Assembly (NCBI RefSeq): GCF_021028975.2 | Contig: NC_059426.1 | Coordinates: 71,796,001 to 71,860,000, forward strand | Origin: Sphaerodactylus townsendi | Taxonomy: Eukaryota | Length of the DNA stretch: 64,000 nt | Direction of reading: 5' to 3' | In this document: positions 13,777-31,857 of the stretch, piece by piece | Numbering within the stretch: position 1 is the first letter of the stretch | How the letters are laid out: each line of letters begins with the position of its first letter | Notes under the pieces: generated by a model | What the model was told of the DNA's origin: nothing | Database searches by the model: none | The model's input: only the letters and a program-made list of their open reading frames with translations | Program-made: the position numbers and the translations under genes

Positions 13777-13895
13777 GCGTTGGGTCTCCCGGAGAAAAAA
13801 GAACATGTTGAGACTTAATAAAGGGCTGCTCTTCTCTCTTGAAGCTTTTGGTACCCCTCTGCCTTACCCTTTTAGTAAGACTTAATTCACCTTCA

Positions 13896-14183
13896 ACTGA
13901 GCCCTGTGGAGCAGAGTGGTGAGCTGCAGTACTGCAGTCAAAGCTTTGCTCACAACCTGAGTTTAATCTGGATGGAAGTCAGTTTCGGGTAGCTGTCTGA
14001 AAGTTGACAGCCTTCCATCCTTCCGAGATGAGTAAAATGAATGTCCAGCTTGCTGGGGATAAAGTGTGGATGACAATTGCAAACCACTATGTAAACACAG
14101 TCTGCCTAGCAAACGTCGTGATGTGGCGCATTCCATGGGTCAGAAATGACCCAGAGCTTGCACAAGAAGCTACCTTTACCTTT
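13896..14183 (+). mobile_element. Sauria-type tRNA-derived SINE
   Basis: tRNA-like head (tggagcagagtggtg), (ACCTTT)n tail and near-perfect TSD aattc(a/t)ccttca. Confidence 0.7.
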
Positions 14184-16389
14184 AATTCTCCTTCAGACAG
14201 TTTCTATTCCTGCTGGCCCCATTTCCATGTCTGCCTGCTATGTCTCACTACAATCCTGCCTTCCTAAGTCTTCTCTTGCGGTTGTGCTTCCACACTGCTG
14301 TCTGTAGCCCACCTTCCTGCAATGTTTCCTCCTTGTAGCCAAACTATTCTGAACTGGCACACTACTCTTGTACTTTCCTCACATACAGTTTCTTGCTTGT
14401 ATTCTCTCTCTCAAACACATACTCCCCTCCCCTCCCAGCTGATTGTCATGCTTTGAAATTCCTGGTTCTGAGGTTCAACATACACCCTTCTATATTTCTT
14501 CCCCTTTCACTCCCTGTCCCACTCCACCCTACAGTCTTCTTTCCCTCTTCTTCCTCCTTCTCAGGCTGCCTCTTTGACTTGTTCCTCAGCTCCTTTCTCT
14601 CTACCTTTCTCTCTCTTCTTTTGCTCACTTCCTTTGCTCCTGGAGGCACCTTTACTCTTTGCTCTCGGCCTAGGCCTGTCCCCTGCAAATCTTCTTAAGA
14701 GATCCACCCCTGTGCTCCACAGATCCCCAGACTTGCATGGAATAAGGAGGCATCTGCTTCTCCAACTGCTCTCCCCCAGCCTACCATGCAAACTTAATCA
14801 AGTCATCTTATTATTGCATGCAGTGAGATTGAAGGAGGAGGATAGAGAGGGAATCTGAGCTTATTAGGTCAGACATACGACCCGGCTTGGATCCGTTTTT
14901 CACTAATGATACAAACAAGGTAAAACAACCCCCAGCAGCTGGAAACCCAAGAGGCCGAGACACACAGATAGAGCAGCAGGAGGATTCCCTGGTTTCTCTG
15001 GTACTCACCTGTCAGAAGGAAGGCAGGAAGGAAATAAGACAGCAAAGATGCCTTTGGGATTAAATGAACTTGTTTCATGTCTTTCACCTCTTCTTCACCA
15101 CCTTACAGATACCCCACCACCATTAAATTGATTTTCCTTCCTCTGGGCCCCCTTTAGTCTCTCCTCAGCCACAGTTCTGAGGACTTTCCTTCCTCCCTAC
15201 GCCCTCTGTATCCATTCCTGTGGCTTTTTGTTTCAGCCCTTTAAGACCTCTTCCCCAACATACCCCTCAGCCAGATCCTGATCAGTTTGATAAATTGGGC
15301 CCCACCTGTGGTACTTGGTGCTTCCCCAGTCCTGAGGATGACAGACACGAGGGACCCTGGCAAAGCTGCCACCAGTGCTGCTGCGCAGACATCTCATGAT
15401 TTATTCAATACCAAATTGGCTCAGCTCCAGCAACGACAGTAACTGGACCCCACCTAGTGCAGACAATGCCAAGACGCACGGGCTGAGACTCAACACTCTT
15501 GCAGCTCAGGAAACATCAGAAAGAATTATCTGGGAAATAAGCCCTGTTCTCTCTCCCACAAGGGGATAGGAAATATCTTTCTTTCCTAGAGCAGATTAAA
15601 TAACATATTTTCTTGTAGAGAATATCAACTTTCCTATTGGGTTATTACTGGAGGCAGGAATGTGTCTCCTGTTTCTTTAACAGTGGCACAGTGAGCAGAA
15701 AGATCAATAACTTTTTCATCACTGTCTCCAAACTAGGAAAGCGTCATCTACAGAATTGATGCCTATCAGGGATTTTCCTCTACTATTATAATGCTGCCAA
15801 AGGCATGATGAAGTCACATACTACCACATACTAGGGTGCTGGAAACAAAATGACATATCTAATCAGCCAGAAAATGTACATCCCAACCACACTGTATCCT
15901 TTCCCTGACAGTCCCCTAAATACCATTCAAAGACAGTATTATAGCATGATATCCCATGCACATGTGTCAGAGGAGGGTTAATGGATACTTTACTTCTTTG
16001 AGTGAGATAAGGAAGGATTATGAGGAGAGTGGTGTATTCCAGCTGTGGAAATGAAGGGGCACAGCAATTAAAGGTCAATTAAAAAGGAGAAACAACATTA
16101 AAAAGAAAAGAGAACAAGTTACAAAAAATGGGATTTTTTAAAAGGAAGAGGCAGCAGACATGCATGAATTCACCTCCCATTTGGCACAATTTAGCATATC
16201 TGGGATTGTGCCTCTCTCACATACCACAGGCTGGAAAGTAGTCACGTCTCACTGTTCTGTTGATGGATTCTAAATGCAGAGCTCACAAGCAGCAATGGAT
16301 GGAAACTGGCATATACTGTATCTTTATTGACCACCACTCATTAACTTCAGTTTGAGACCCACAGAAAAGAACAGGTTCCTATGACCAGA

Positions 16390-17600
16390 TTGTTTGTCAG
16401 CAGAGTTTGACTTAGTTGATCACACCATCTTGACTAACAGCCTTGTCACTGTGGGGATTCAAGGGACAGTCTTACAGTAGCTGTGCTCATTTCTCCAGGG
16501 TCAGGGACAGAAGGTAGCCATTGGTGAGAGGATTTCTGTTCCTCACTTGTTGGTGTATGTAGTCCCACAAGGGGCGATTCTATCACCAATATTGTTTAAC
16601 ATCTTTATGCAACCCCTCTCCAGGTTAATCTGAGAGTTTGGTCTGGCCTGTCATCTGTATGCTGATGACACCCAGCTATATCTGATGATGAGAGGTCATT
16701 TGGAGGCTGCCCCAGATGTTTTGGCCAGCTGTTTGGAGGCCATAGTTCGATGGATACAAGAGAGATCACTGAAACTGAATCCATCAAAGATGGAGGACCA
16801 GTGTGGGTCAGGTGGGGAGTGCCAGCTGCCAACCGTGGATGGAATTCAGCTTAAAACGGCATCTTTCATTAGCAGTCTCGGTGTGCTCCTGGACTGAACT
16901 ATGGAGGTCCAGGTAGTGCACACAGATCATATGATATCTTTTCATCTGCACCAGGTGAAGTAGCTTGTGCCCTGCCTTGTTCAGTCTGATCTTGCCACAG
17001 TAATCACGCAACAGTCACCTTCAGATTAGACCTCTGCAACATGCTCTACACAGGGCTACCCTTGCGCCAGCTCCAGAAACTCGTTGATCCAAAATGCAGT
17101 AGTGAAACTCCTGACAGGCCATGATGGGCACCCATCCATCCAGTGCTCTGCCAGCTGCATTGGCTCCAGGTGCTTGTACTTACATATAAAGGTTCAAGGT
17201 GCTTGTACTTATGTATAAAGCGCTTAACAGTCTGGGGCCCGCGAGTCTTAGGGACGGTCCCTCCTGGAACATTCCCCAAAGAGCACTTAGATCTGCAAAT
17301 AACAATTTACTGCTGGTCCCTGGCCCCAGAGACATTTGGCTGCCAGCAGAATATCTCTGGGGTCACGGACCATCAGCAAGTGGTTAATCACAGATCTAGG
17401 TGCTCTTTGGGGAATATTCCAGGAGCGACGGTCCCTAAGATACATGGGGCCCAGACTGCTAAGGGTTTTGTGCCTAAACTTTTTCAGCCCTGCCTGGCCC
17501 CAGTGGAACACTCTGCCTAATGAAATCAGGGTCCTGCAGGATCTTACATAATTCCACAGGGCCTGCAACGAAGAGCTGTTCCACCAGGTGTATGCCTAAG
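16390..17600 (+). mobile_element. Degenerate L2 LINE ORF2 fragment (RT and C-terminus) with an internal fold-back duplication
   Basis: RT remnants (VPQG..ILSPILFNIFM, LYADDTQLY, LKLNPSK) and LHWL..VLVL.YKAL..LGP..L. Many stops and frameshifts. Confidence 0.8.
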
Positions 17601-18344
17601 GCAGCCAAAATTACCATCTGGCCTCCTTCTCCCTCTTTTCCTCCCCCTTCTGTTTCCCTTCTCCCTCCTTTGTTTTCTTCCCCTCCCCCCTCTTTCAATT
17701 TTTTCCCTTCTTATTTCTTGATTACCTGTCCTGTGTCATGACACACCCTTAAAGAATAGTTGTATTTCTCCTGGATTTATTAGATTGTTAGAATGTTTTT
17801 AAAACTTTTAAATGGTTTGCTGTGTATATGTATTTTAGTAGTATGATGTTAGCCACCCCAAGCCTGGAAGGTGGGGGTGGGGGTGGCCTATCAAATCAAA
17901 CTAATTAAATTCAATTGGTATCAGAGGCACAAGCACCTTACTAATCTATTTCCCTTCTAAATGAACTGATGCTTTAGGGATCCAATTCAAACTGCTGAAG
18001 AGACATGGAGAAAATTATTATACACTTTCTTCCTCTGTGGGCTGTGGCTGTCCCCAGTGGCAGAGCATCTGTTTGGTGCAAGTTCCAGGCTCAATCCAAA
18101 GTATCTCCAGTAAAAAGGATCAAATAGTAGGTGATGTGAAAAACCTCTGACTGAGACCTGGGAGTGCTACAGTCCATCAGGGCTAAACTAGTCTAGTCAT
18201 GACTTTTTAAACAAGTTGGGTTGGAGTTCTTCAGACCCGACACTCATGCCCCTGAATCAAAGGGCAGCTGCTGAAAACTAATTTCCTAGGCATCACAGGA
18301 TCAGGACTGTGGCACAGGGAAGAGAAAAGGCTTTACCCCCACCC

Positions 18345-18593
18345 CAGAGGCGTAGCTATGTGGGGGCGCCATGCACCAGGTGGATGCCGTGGGGGGTGGA
18401 AAATCACCGTCCCCGCCCCTTACCCCACCTCTCCAGACCTGGTCCCACACCCCCAACTTGCCCCGTTTTCAGCTGGCAAAAAAGGTAAGTGGGGCAGTGC
18501 TGCAGGAGGTGGTGTCGTGGGGGGCAGGGCTGCGAGGGGCGGTGCACAGGAGCCATTTTGCCCCAGGCACCATTTTATCCCCCTACGCCACTG
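18345..18593. mobile_element. hAT (Tip100-like) MITE
   Basis: TIR cagaggcgtag / ctacgccactg and a perfect 8-bp TSD ccccaccc. Confidence 0.75.
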
Positions 18594-21500
18594 CCCCACC
18601 CCCGCCATTTTGCAAACTCAAAACAGTCTCAGAGGGGCAGTATTTGGCCTGGCTGTACATGTCTGTTTTGGCTACCAAATTAGATAATACTTGGTAGACA
18701 ATGGTCTGACTTTATAAAATAACTTTATGTGTTGAACCATTTCCCAGTCCTATAGTTTGGGACCCCTGTGAAACCCAAGACTGTACATACTTAGTCAATT
18801 CACATTATTAATTTCACAAATTGCAGTTAAGTACAAGAGCCGCATGAAATTGACAAGCTTTGTTTGTTGTTGTTTTAAAGATCATAATCTCCAGGGAGCT
18901 GGGACATGCTGCTTTAGTTATTATGAAGCATCTAGTATGCTGCTAGATCCTGTAGCCCCAACCCAGCAAATTTTGGTTGCATTGAGTCTCATTCAAATCA
19001 ACAGTATGTTGTGATTAATGTATGTTGTGATTAATTTTTCACATTGAAATCAAATGTGACCAATTCCAACTGGATTGGAACCTAAAGTTTATTTGTATAT
19101 GAATTGAATTAATTGTAGAAACATTATGCAACATACAATTTGGAAATTTAAAAAATGTGTGCACATGGTGGTAAAATGAGCACACACAACCTTCTCCCCC
19201 CCCCCCCGATTTTAAAAAGACATAACAATTAATAATTTGCCAAAGAATCTCCCCAGTTCAAACTTTAAAGCACAATCATTGTGAACTTCCTGAATTAAAC
19301 GTTTGGATTCCAAAGTAATGCTGTTTGTCATCAGTCAAATTGAACATAGTTCATTATTAGATCAATCATCCTACTTTCCCCCAATGGAGACACCATCTGC
19401 AAACCAAAAACAAGCTTGGGCAAACAAATGAAACAGATGGGAAAGGAAGTAACAATGCCCAAGAGAGAGATAGAAGCCAATGCAAGTTCATGAATAGGTT
19501 ACCTCTCACGAGGCATCATATCTCCAAGGTCTTGGCTGAGGCTGTGCTATGTCATAACAACAGCTTGTCCATCCATGTCCCCAGCTAATAATGCTAGAGT
19601 AAAGCAGTGGTTGGTCACCTCCTCTTCACCTACTATTGCTGCAGTTATTCCTATCAACAGCATTACTTTGCACCGGTGGTGTGCTTGGAATTTTACAGAA
19701 GGGAGCCAGTCCCCACCCAACTTTGCACTGTAGAATGGAGTGGGAAAGACAAAGGCATAATATAAGGTAACGAGATTAAGGGTGGCTAGTAGAAGAGGAT
19801 TAGTCATAGAATGTAGCAGTTCAGGAAAGGGTTTGCAAGAACTGGCTTTAGGCCAGTCAGACGTCTCAGAGAAGATGTCTGAGAGGGGATATGATTGAAG
19901 TCTATAAAATTATGCACGGCATCATGTGGGGGTGAAAATTTTTCCCCCCAGACTCCCTTCCCAGGGACAGGGGCGGATTGGGGTGTAGGCGGGTCGAGGG
20001 CAGGGGGTACAGCAGGCAGTTTCCTCTCCCTCCATCCCTGATTTACAGGCCACCTATTCCCACCAGAACCTGCCCATCAATTGAAATCTTCTGCACAGGC
20101 TGGGGAGGGGGCAACTAGACAGGGGAACAAATCACTACCTCTCCCTCTTACAAAGGCATAGCAAGCTTCCTCTTTCTCCCTGTCCTTTCTTTAAGGGCAG
20201 GCCAGTGTAACATCCATTATGGTAATCTAATCTAGGTTCAGGTGGGTAGCCCTATTGGTTTGCAATAGAACCTTAAAGATCAACAAGATTTCCAGGGTAT
20301 AAGCTTTCAAGAGTCGAAGCTCTCTAATCTAAAATTCACCAAAGCATGAATGACAGAAGTCAGGTCTTTGTGCTGTCCTTGTGTTGTTTCTAAGCAGTTA
20401 GAACTCAAACAAAATAGACTCAAACAAAAAAGAGACAAAAATACAAAAGTCTATAACAGCAAATCTTGTTTATACTTCTACAAACAAAATGTAATACTGG
20501 AACAGAAATGTTTTTAATCAAATATGACAGATTGCCAAGATGGAAAAACTGGCCTGTATTATATAATCTTGGGAAGGGAATATATGTAGCTGCATCCACA
20601 CATAGCAATTATTACCTGTTGTGAATTTATTGCTGAAGTGAATGCAAAGGAATTCATAGCAGCAATGGAACATTCACATAGAGGTTTTCGATGTGCTTTT
20701 CTTGGTCAGTATTTCATGGCTGCCATTTCCTTACACCACTGGAAGACGCTTGACTTTGCCAACTTAAGTGGTAGTTGCCACATCCCTATAACATTACTAA
20801 TGTTTCTAAAATTCTGGTAAAATGATAACCGGCTAGGACTGCAAAGTTTCTGGAAAGGTTCTAGCAATGTGTTTGCAAGGTGATCTTGGGCCATTCACAC
20901 ACTCTCAGCATAACCTACGTCACAGGGTTGTTGTGAGGGTAAAATGGAAAAGAGGGAATGTACGCTGCTTTGGGTCTTCATTGTGGAGAATGGTGAGTGC
21001 CAGATAAAGTAAATTAACAAATAATGCTTCCTCATCTCTGCCAATTATGTTGCTCTTAAAGGAAACCTCTCTAGAAGAAAACATGCCTAGACCAAGCATT
21101 TCACAAAATCTAACAACACTTGGCAAATACAGACTACCAGTTTACCCAGCGGAAAAATGTGTGGAAATTTACTTTTTAAAATGTGTGTTAAAATGTGGCA
21201 ATACAGACAAAGATGGCTGGCAAGGTTGCTCCACTCTAGTTATTGATTCATCCCATTAAGTGAAAGACATTTCAGTTGTTCCCATTGTTCTACCCATTGA
21301 ATTCTGTCACTATTTCTGGGGTCTTTCTCTGCAGCCTGCAGATATAGATAGGTGCAAAGGAGATATAAACAAGTGCCTATTGAGGATAATTTAAATCACT
21401 GATGGACAGCCTCTACCACAATTCTTCCCACAGTTGGACTTTGCTTTATTTTTAAAGTTTTGTCATGGATAATAAATAAAAGACAGGGAATGTCACATAA

Positions 21501-22629
21501 AAGTTTATTTTTCACATTAAATTCAAAAGCATGTGTTTTCACACAATCTGCCTAAGCCTCTCATTAAAGGACCCATAACTTCAAAAATATTAGTGCACTT
21601 TTTTGGCTTAAAAATCTTTTAAAACTTCCATAAATTGTAAAAAAAAAAAAGCTCAAAAATTGCTGGATATCATGCTATTGACCCACTATAGTAGTCTTTC
21701 AGTACTGGGTTGTCTTGTCCACACAGGTATAATTACTATAACTTAATAAGTGCACAATAGCCAACCATATATGAATACAGTCCAAATCTGTTACCTAAAC
21801 CTTGCAAAGGACACAGATGTCAACTGGAATTGTTAACTGCAGCAGCAATGGAGTGTCCACATGTAGTAATTCTCCAGCTTTCCCTCCTTACTCACTAGAG
21901 CCTATCATGCTCCCAGTAATTTAAAAAAGTCAGCAGTATATTCCTATATTGCTATGCTATAGAAATATATCTACTAATGATCTTTTTTTAAAAGCTCACC
22001 ACTGATGGTGAAGAGGACAGGTGGGCACAAAGGGATAGATAGGGAGGGAAATTGGTGCTGGATGTGAATAGGGATATTTGGATACCTGCACTTCTTGTAC
22101 AGATTGAGGGCAAACCTACTTTGGCTTTGGTCTCTCTGGAAAAGTTGGACCAAAGCTTCTGGGAACATCACAGCAAAGATGTGATACCACAGAAACAAAT
22201 GAAATAGAACAGCTGGAAGACAACACTATGTGTATGCTCTAAAAAATCCTGCTTCAGTTTGACAGCTGAGTTGGAGCAGATCCTCTGTGTGAAAACAGCA
22301 CAGATCACCATTTTGCATCATTGGAAAGCTTGGTAAAGACCCCAGCCTCCATTTCATGAGAATTTGTGGCTGAGGTGGGTGGAGGGAATCTCTCATTCAT
22401 AGTAATACAGATTGAGAAGAAATAACAGGGAGGAAACCCCTGCAATATGGTGAACTGTTGTCTTGGGCAAGATCAGACATACAGGAGAATGACAAGAAGA
22501 GCCATGAGGTAGTAAAATGGTCTGCAGGATTGTGAGTGAGTGGTTCCAGCTTTAATTGTTCCTTTGCACAAAAAGACCATGAAAGTAGAAAACTAACACA
22601 GTAAAGGAAAAAATTCTAGCCCCCTCTGG

Positions 22630-23190
22630 GCAACGAGGATGATTGAGGGATTGGAGCACCTTCCTTATGAGGAGAGGCTGCAGCATTTGGGACTCTTTAG
22701 TTTGAAGACATCTGAGGGGGGATATGATTGAAGTCTATAAAATTATGCATGGGGTAGAAAATGTTGACAGAGAGAAATTTTTCTCTCTTTCTCGCAATAC
22801 TAGAGCCAAGGGACATACATTGAAAATGCTGGGGGGAAGAATTAGGACTAATAAAAGGAAACATTTTTTCACGCAACGTGTGATTGGTGTTTGGAATATG
22901 CTGCCACAGGAGGTGGTGATGCCACTAACCTGGATAGCTTTAAAAAGGGCTTGGACAGATTTATGGAGGAGAAGTCGATTTATGGCTACCAATCTTGATA
23001 CTCCTGATCTGAGATTGCAAATGCCTTAGCACACCAGGTGCTCAGGAGCAGCAGCAGCAGAAGGCCATTGCTTTCAAATCCTGCAAGTGAGCTCCCAAAG
23101 GCATTGGGTGGACCACTGCGAGTAGCAGAGTGCTGGACTAGATGGACTCAGGTCTGATCCAGCAGGCTTGTTCTTATGTTCTTATGTTCT
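22630..23190 (+). mobile_element. CR1 LINE 3' end (5'-truncated)
   Basis: GLEHLPYEERL...DMIEVYKIMHG...KHFFTQRVIGVWNMLPQEVV and a (TTCTTATG)n tail. A short related piece lies at about 19840-19920. Confidence 0.85.
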
Positions 23191-24038
23191 CTGCTTACTT
23201 ACTGTTTTAGTTTTTTATTCGCATGGTCTGAGTTTTCTGGCTTGGACTAGATGGCTCAGGGATCTCCAGCCTTTAAAATCAAACAGATAAACAATATCAA
23301 AAGAGCATAAGATCATCAAAGAACCAGTATAAGAAAGTAAATTTGCCTAGTTGAAATTGTGACTTCTCTCAGCATTTAATCAGTCTGGTCCACTGGGTAG
23401 TATACTACACTACACAGGGGGCTCACACTTGAAAGACACAAATCCTGCCCCTCCCCCTTTTTTAACCTCCCCCCTGCAAATTTGGTTACAAATGTCTATG
23501 TAATAATTTTATTTCTTACACATTTGAAGAAGCCTGGTATGGAATAAATGTGGTTAGTCTTAAAGGTGCCTGCTGATTCCTGTGCTACTATACAGCTTAA
23601 CATTATTGATAAATGACATGCTGTTCCATAACCCATGAAGTCTTGAATCAATTGCTCTTGAAAGTTTTGTTAGCAAATGGCTCACAGTGGTTCTTACAAT
23701 CAGTATTAAATATATATTCCCTGTGTGATTGTTTTAGGGCATTGGCATAAACTTGTCCATGGAATTTGCTTCTATCATTTACCTTTCTGAAAAATATCTC
23801 TATGAAAGCCTGTAATAGCATAAAAAGTTTTGCCTGCCATTCCCTTCATCTACTGCTTAGTTTAGTATCCCATTTACCTCTCCAATACACCTTATTTTAT
23901 TTTAAAAGACATTTGGCGCCAGAGCCATAAGCTGAGATAAACATTCCAGCTCTTAGAAATGCGACCCTCCACAAATTTTGATGTTCATTTTATCATCTTA
24001 GAGTGCTGCTGCCCCCTTCTCAACCCTCTCCCTATGTT

Positions 24039-24798
24039 CAGAGGCAAAGCTACCAGGGGACGGGGGAGCACGTTGCACCGGGCACCCCCTTGTGGGGGGG
24101 GGGTGTGTGTGTGTGCAAAAATTGCAAGTTCATTTGTTTTTAATTTGTTAGCGTTTTTTCCAGTTTTTGGCCTGCAGGGGGTGCAATTTTTAGGTTAACA
24201 GCACCAAAATTTCAGAGATTTTTCAGGAGACTCTCCTGATGACACCACCCAAGTTAGGTGAGGTTTGGTTCAGAGAGTCCAAAGTTATGGACTCCCAAAA
24301 GGGGTGTCCCATCCCCCATTGTTTCCAATGGGAGCTAATAGGAGATGGGGGCTACACCTTTGTGTAACTTTGGACCCCCTGAACCCCCATAACTTTGGAC
24401 CCCCTGAACCAAACTTCACCAAACCTGGGTGGTATTATCAGAAGAGTCTCCTAAAGATACCCTGAAATTTTGGTGCTGCTGGCTTAACAAATGCATGCCT
24501 CACAGCAAGCACCCTCCAAATTTCCCCAGATTCTCCTTTTAAATCCACCCCCTTCGGCATGGATTTAAAGGGGGAAAGTGAGGTCCCCAGTTTAAACATT
24601 AAAAGTTATACTGTTTCAGGGTAGGGGAGAATCCACCCCAAAACAGCATCACTTTCAATGGTGTTTAAACTAGGGAGCCCAGATTCTCCTTTTAAATCCA
24701 CCTTAAAGAATTCCAGCATCACAGCGGCTGCCCATTGGTGGGAGGGGTGCAAAACTCAGATTTTGCACTGGGCTCCATTTTCCCTAGCTACGCCTATG
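24039..24798. mobile_element. hAT (Tip100-like) non-autonomous element with internal repeats
   Basis: TIR cagaggcaaagcta / tagctacgcctatg, TSD cctatgtt/cgtatgtt (7 of 8), and internal direct and inverted repeats (ccataactttggaccccctgaaccaaacttcacc). Confidence 0.7.
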
Positions 24799-25821
24799 CG
24801 TATGTTTGAACCAGCCGACTTTCACCATGCACTCTCTTAAAAGTAATAGATCTACATCAGTTTCTGCATGGCACAGTTATACAAGGTTACAACCAGTATC
24901 TTACAATCTGGGTCTATTTTATCCCGGTTCCTCCCTTCGCTTGGCTGCCCGTTTATGTGAAGGAATCAAGTGAAGACTGGGAGGAAATACTCCACTTTGT
25001 TTTGTACAACCCTGAGTCTTTTGTATTTACACTGCAAACATCCATAAACATCCCCAATGTCCCTCATTCTGATTGGCTGTTGTTTTTGGCCGGCAGCTTG
25101 AATGCACATGGCAAGCGGCAGGGGAAAAAAATGGGGCACAGCATCACATCACATTCCCACTCACGTTCTCACATTTTTGTGTAAAACGAGAGACTCCCCC
25201 CCTCCCATATGCCCACAAACATTTGGCCCAAAGTGCACATCTCCCTAGTTATACACTCTGAACAACCAGTACCTGTACAGAAAAGAAAGCGGGGACATTT
25301 TGGCACTCCACTCCTGACTAACTCCAGCGAAATGGCACCTGTTGGATGCCATGAGCAGAACACCTGCTTGGGGGAACGTTTTTGGGAAGGAAGGGCTGCA
25401 ACGGTCGGCGACTCAGCAGAGTTGAAAACTGACATGACAGAGATTAAGAGATCAGGCGGCTCGGGGGAGAATAAATTAGAATAAACTGATTTTGCACCTC
25501 CCGTGATATTTGAGCCGTGCAGGAACGACCGTACGACATGAAGAAAGCTCAGTCAGCTTAGATTCAAAGGCAGCGTTCCTTTTCTCATTCCTTCACAGTC
25601 CCCAAGATGACGCTCTAATACTGTAACCAACAGAACCCTGGACCCGGAGCTGAACTTCGGTCAGCAATAATCCAGCTGGAAAAGCTTCTTTTCGTACTCC
25701 TGTGTCTTTAAGGAGGCGCTGATCCAGCGTGAGTCAGCATTTTCCCTGCAGAGATTGCGCTGCCTTGTTTCGAGGAGAGGAGAATCTCTTCGGGGTTTGT
25801 CTCGAGCGTCGAGCATTCGGC

Positions 25822-30796
<4,975 letters not shown>

Positions 30797-31857
30797 GAAG
30801 AATCCCTTTGGCAGGGTGCAGCAATTTCTCTTATTTTTTAGAACACAGTAGTTTTGTATCATTCTGTGTTGAATATAGCTCATTTGAAAAAAGACTTCTG
30901 TGTGTCTTTCCTGGGGAGGGAAAATTACAGAAGCTGGCAGATGGCTACTGTGAGCGAAAGAGAGGTGCATAGAGCCAGATGTCCTGATTCCTGTAGTGGA
31001 ATCAGTAAGTTAGAAGACAAGCTGCTTGATCTATGGTTCATACTGTGTTCCAATAGGCACTCCAGCACTGAGGCTGCTGATAACTCCTCAGTTCTTCCAT
31101 ATCTGGAACTCTGCTGTGGCCTTTTCTTAATTGAGCACAATGATCCTGAAAGCACAGCTTCTGCTGAACAATTTTGTCTCTTAATTTGCCTGTGGTTGAG
31201 AGAGCTTAGACTATACTGGCCTATGCAGATTTATTCCAGTTTAAGGCTGTTTCCACATATACTTTGCTCTGTGTTGGCTTTGCTACTGCAATACTGTTTT
31301 CAAGAGCATCCATATGTCAACATCCTCATATTTGTTCCATGTCTTCTTTCCCCCTACCCCATTTATTGAAATTTTCCCCAAAACTGGTTTGGCAGTGTCT
31401 TTTTTGAAAGATTATATTCAAATGACATTTGGACTACCCTGTGGACAGGAAGATTAAACTGCCTTGTTGTACCAAGGCCCATCAAATCCAGCAGTCTGTT
31501 CACAGGTGTACTGTTTTGATAGAACACTTCCTCTGGCTTGCAGTGCTGCGGGTGATGCTCCTCTAGGCAATCTTTTACTTGCTCTCAGTTTAGGGAGCAA
31601 GATGGGGAACTCGTCTAACTCATAAGTGCTGACATATCTATTATTTATTTATTTTTATTTTGCAATATTGTCTGCCTCGCTTTTCTGCCCTGATAAGGGC
31701 AACCAGGGCGGCTGACGAATTATGAAATGCATGTTAAAATTAAAAACCAAAAATACATAATTAAAGCAATTAAAACCAGAGCTATAATACATACAAAAAC
31801 ATAAAAGTAACAAAACATTAGGTAGTAAGGAGGGAAGCAAGTTTAAACCTACTAGTG

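Noticed and set aside
14446-14791. Lys/Glu/Arg-rich - strand ORFs as further CABP2 coding sequence
   Set aside because: Purine-rich low-complexity sequence with no compatible splice sites found; separated from the alternative exon by stops and a SINE.
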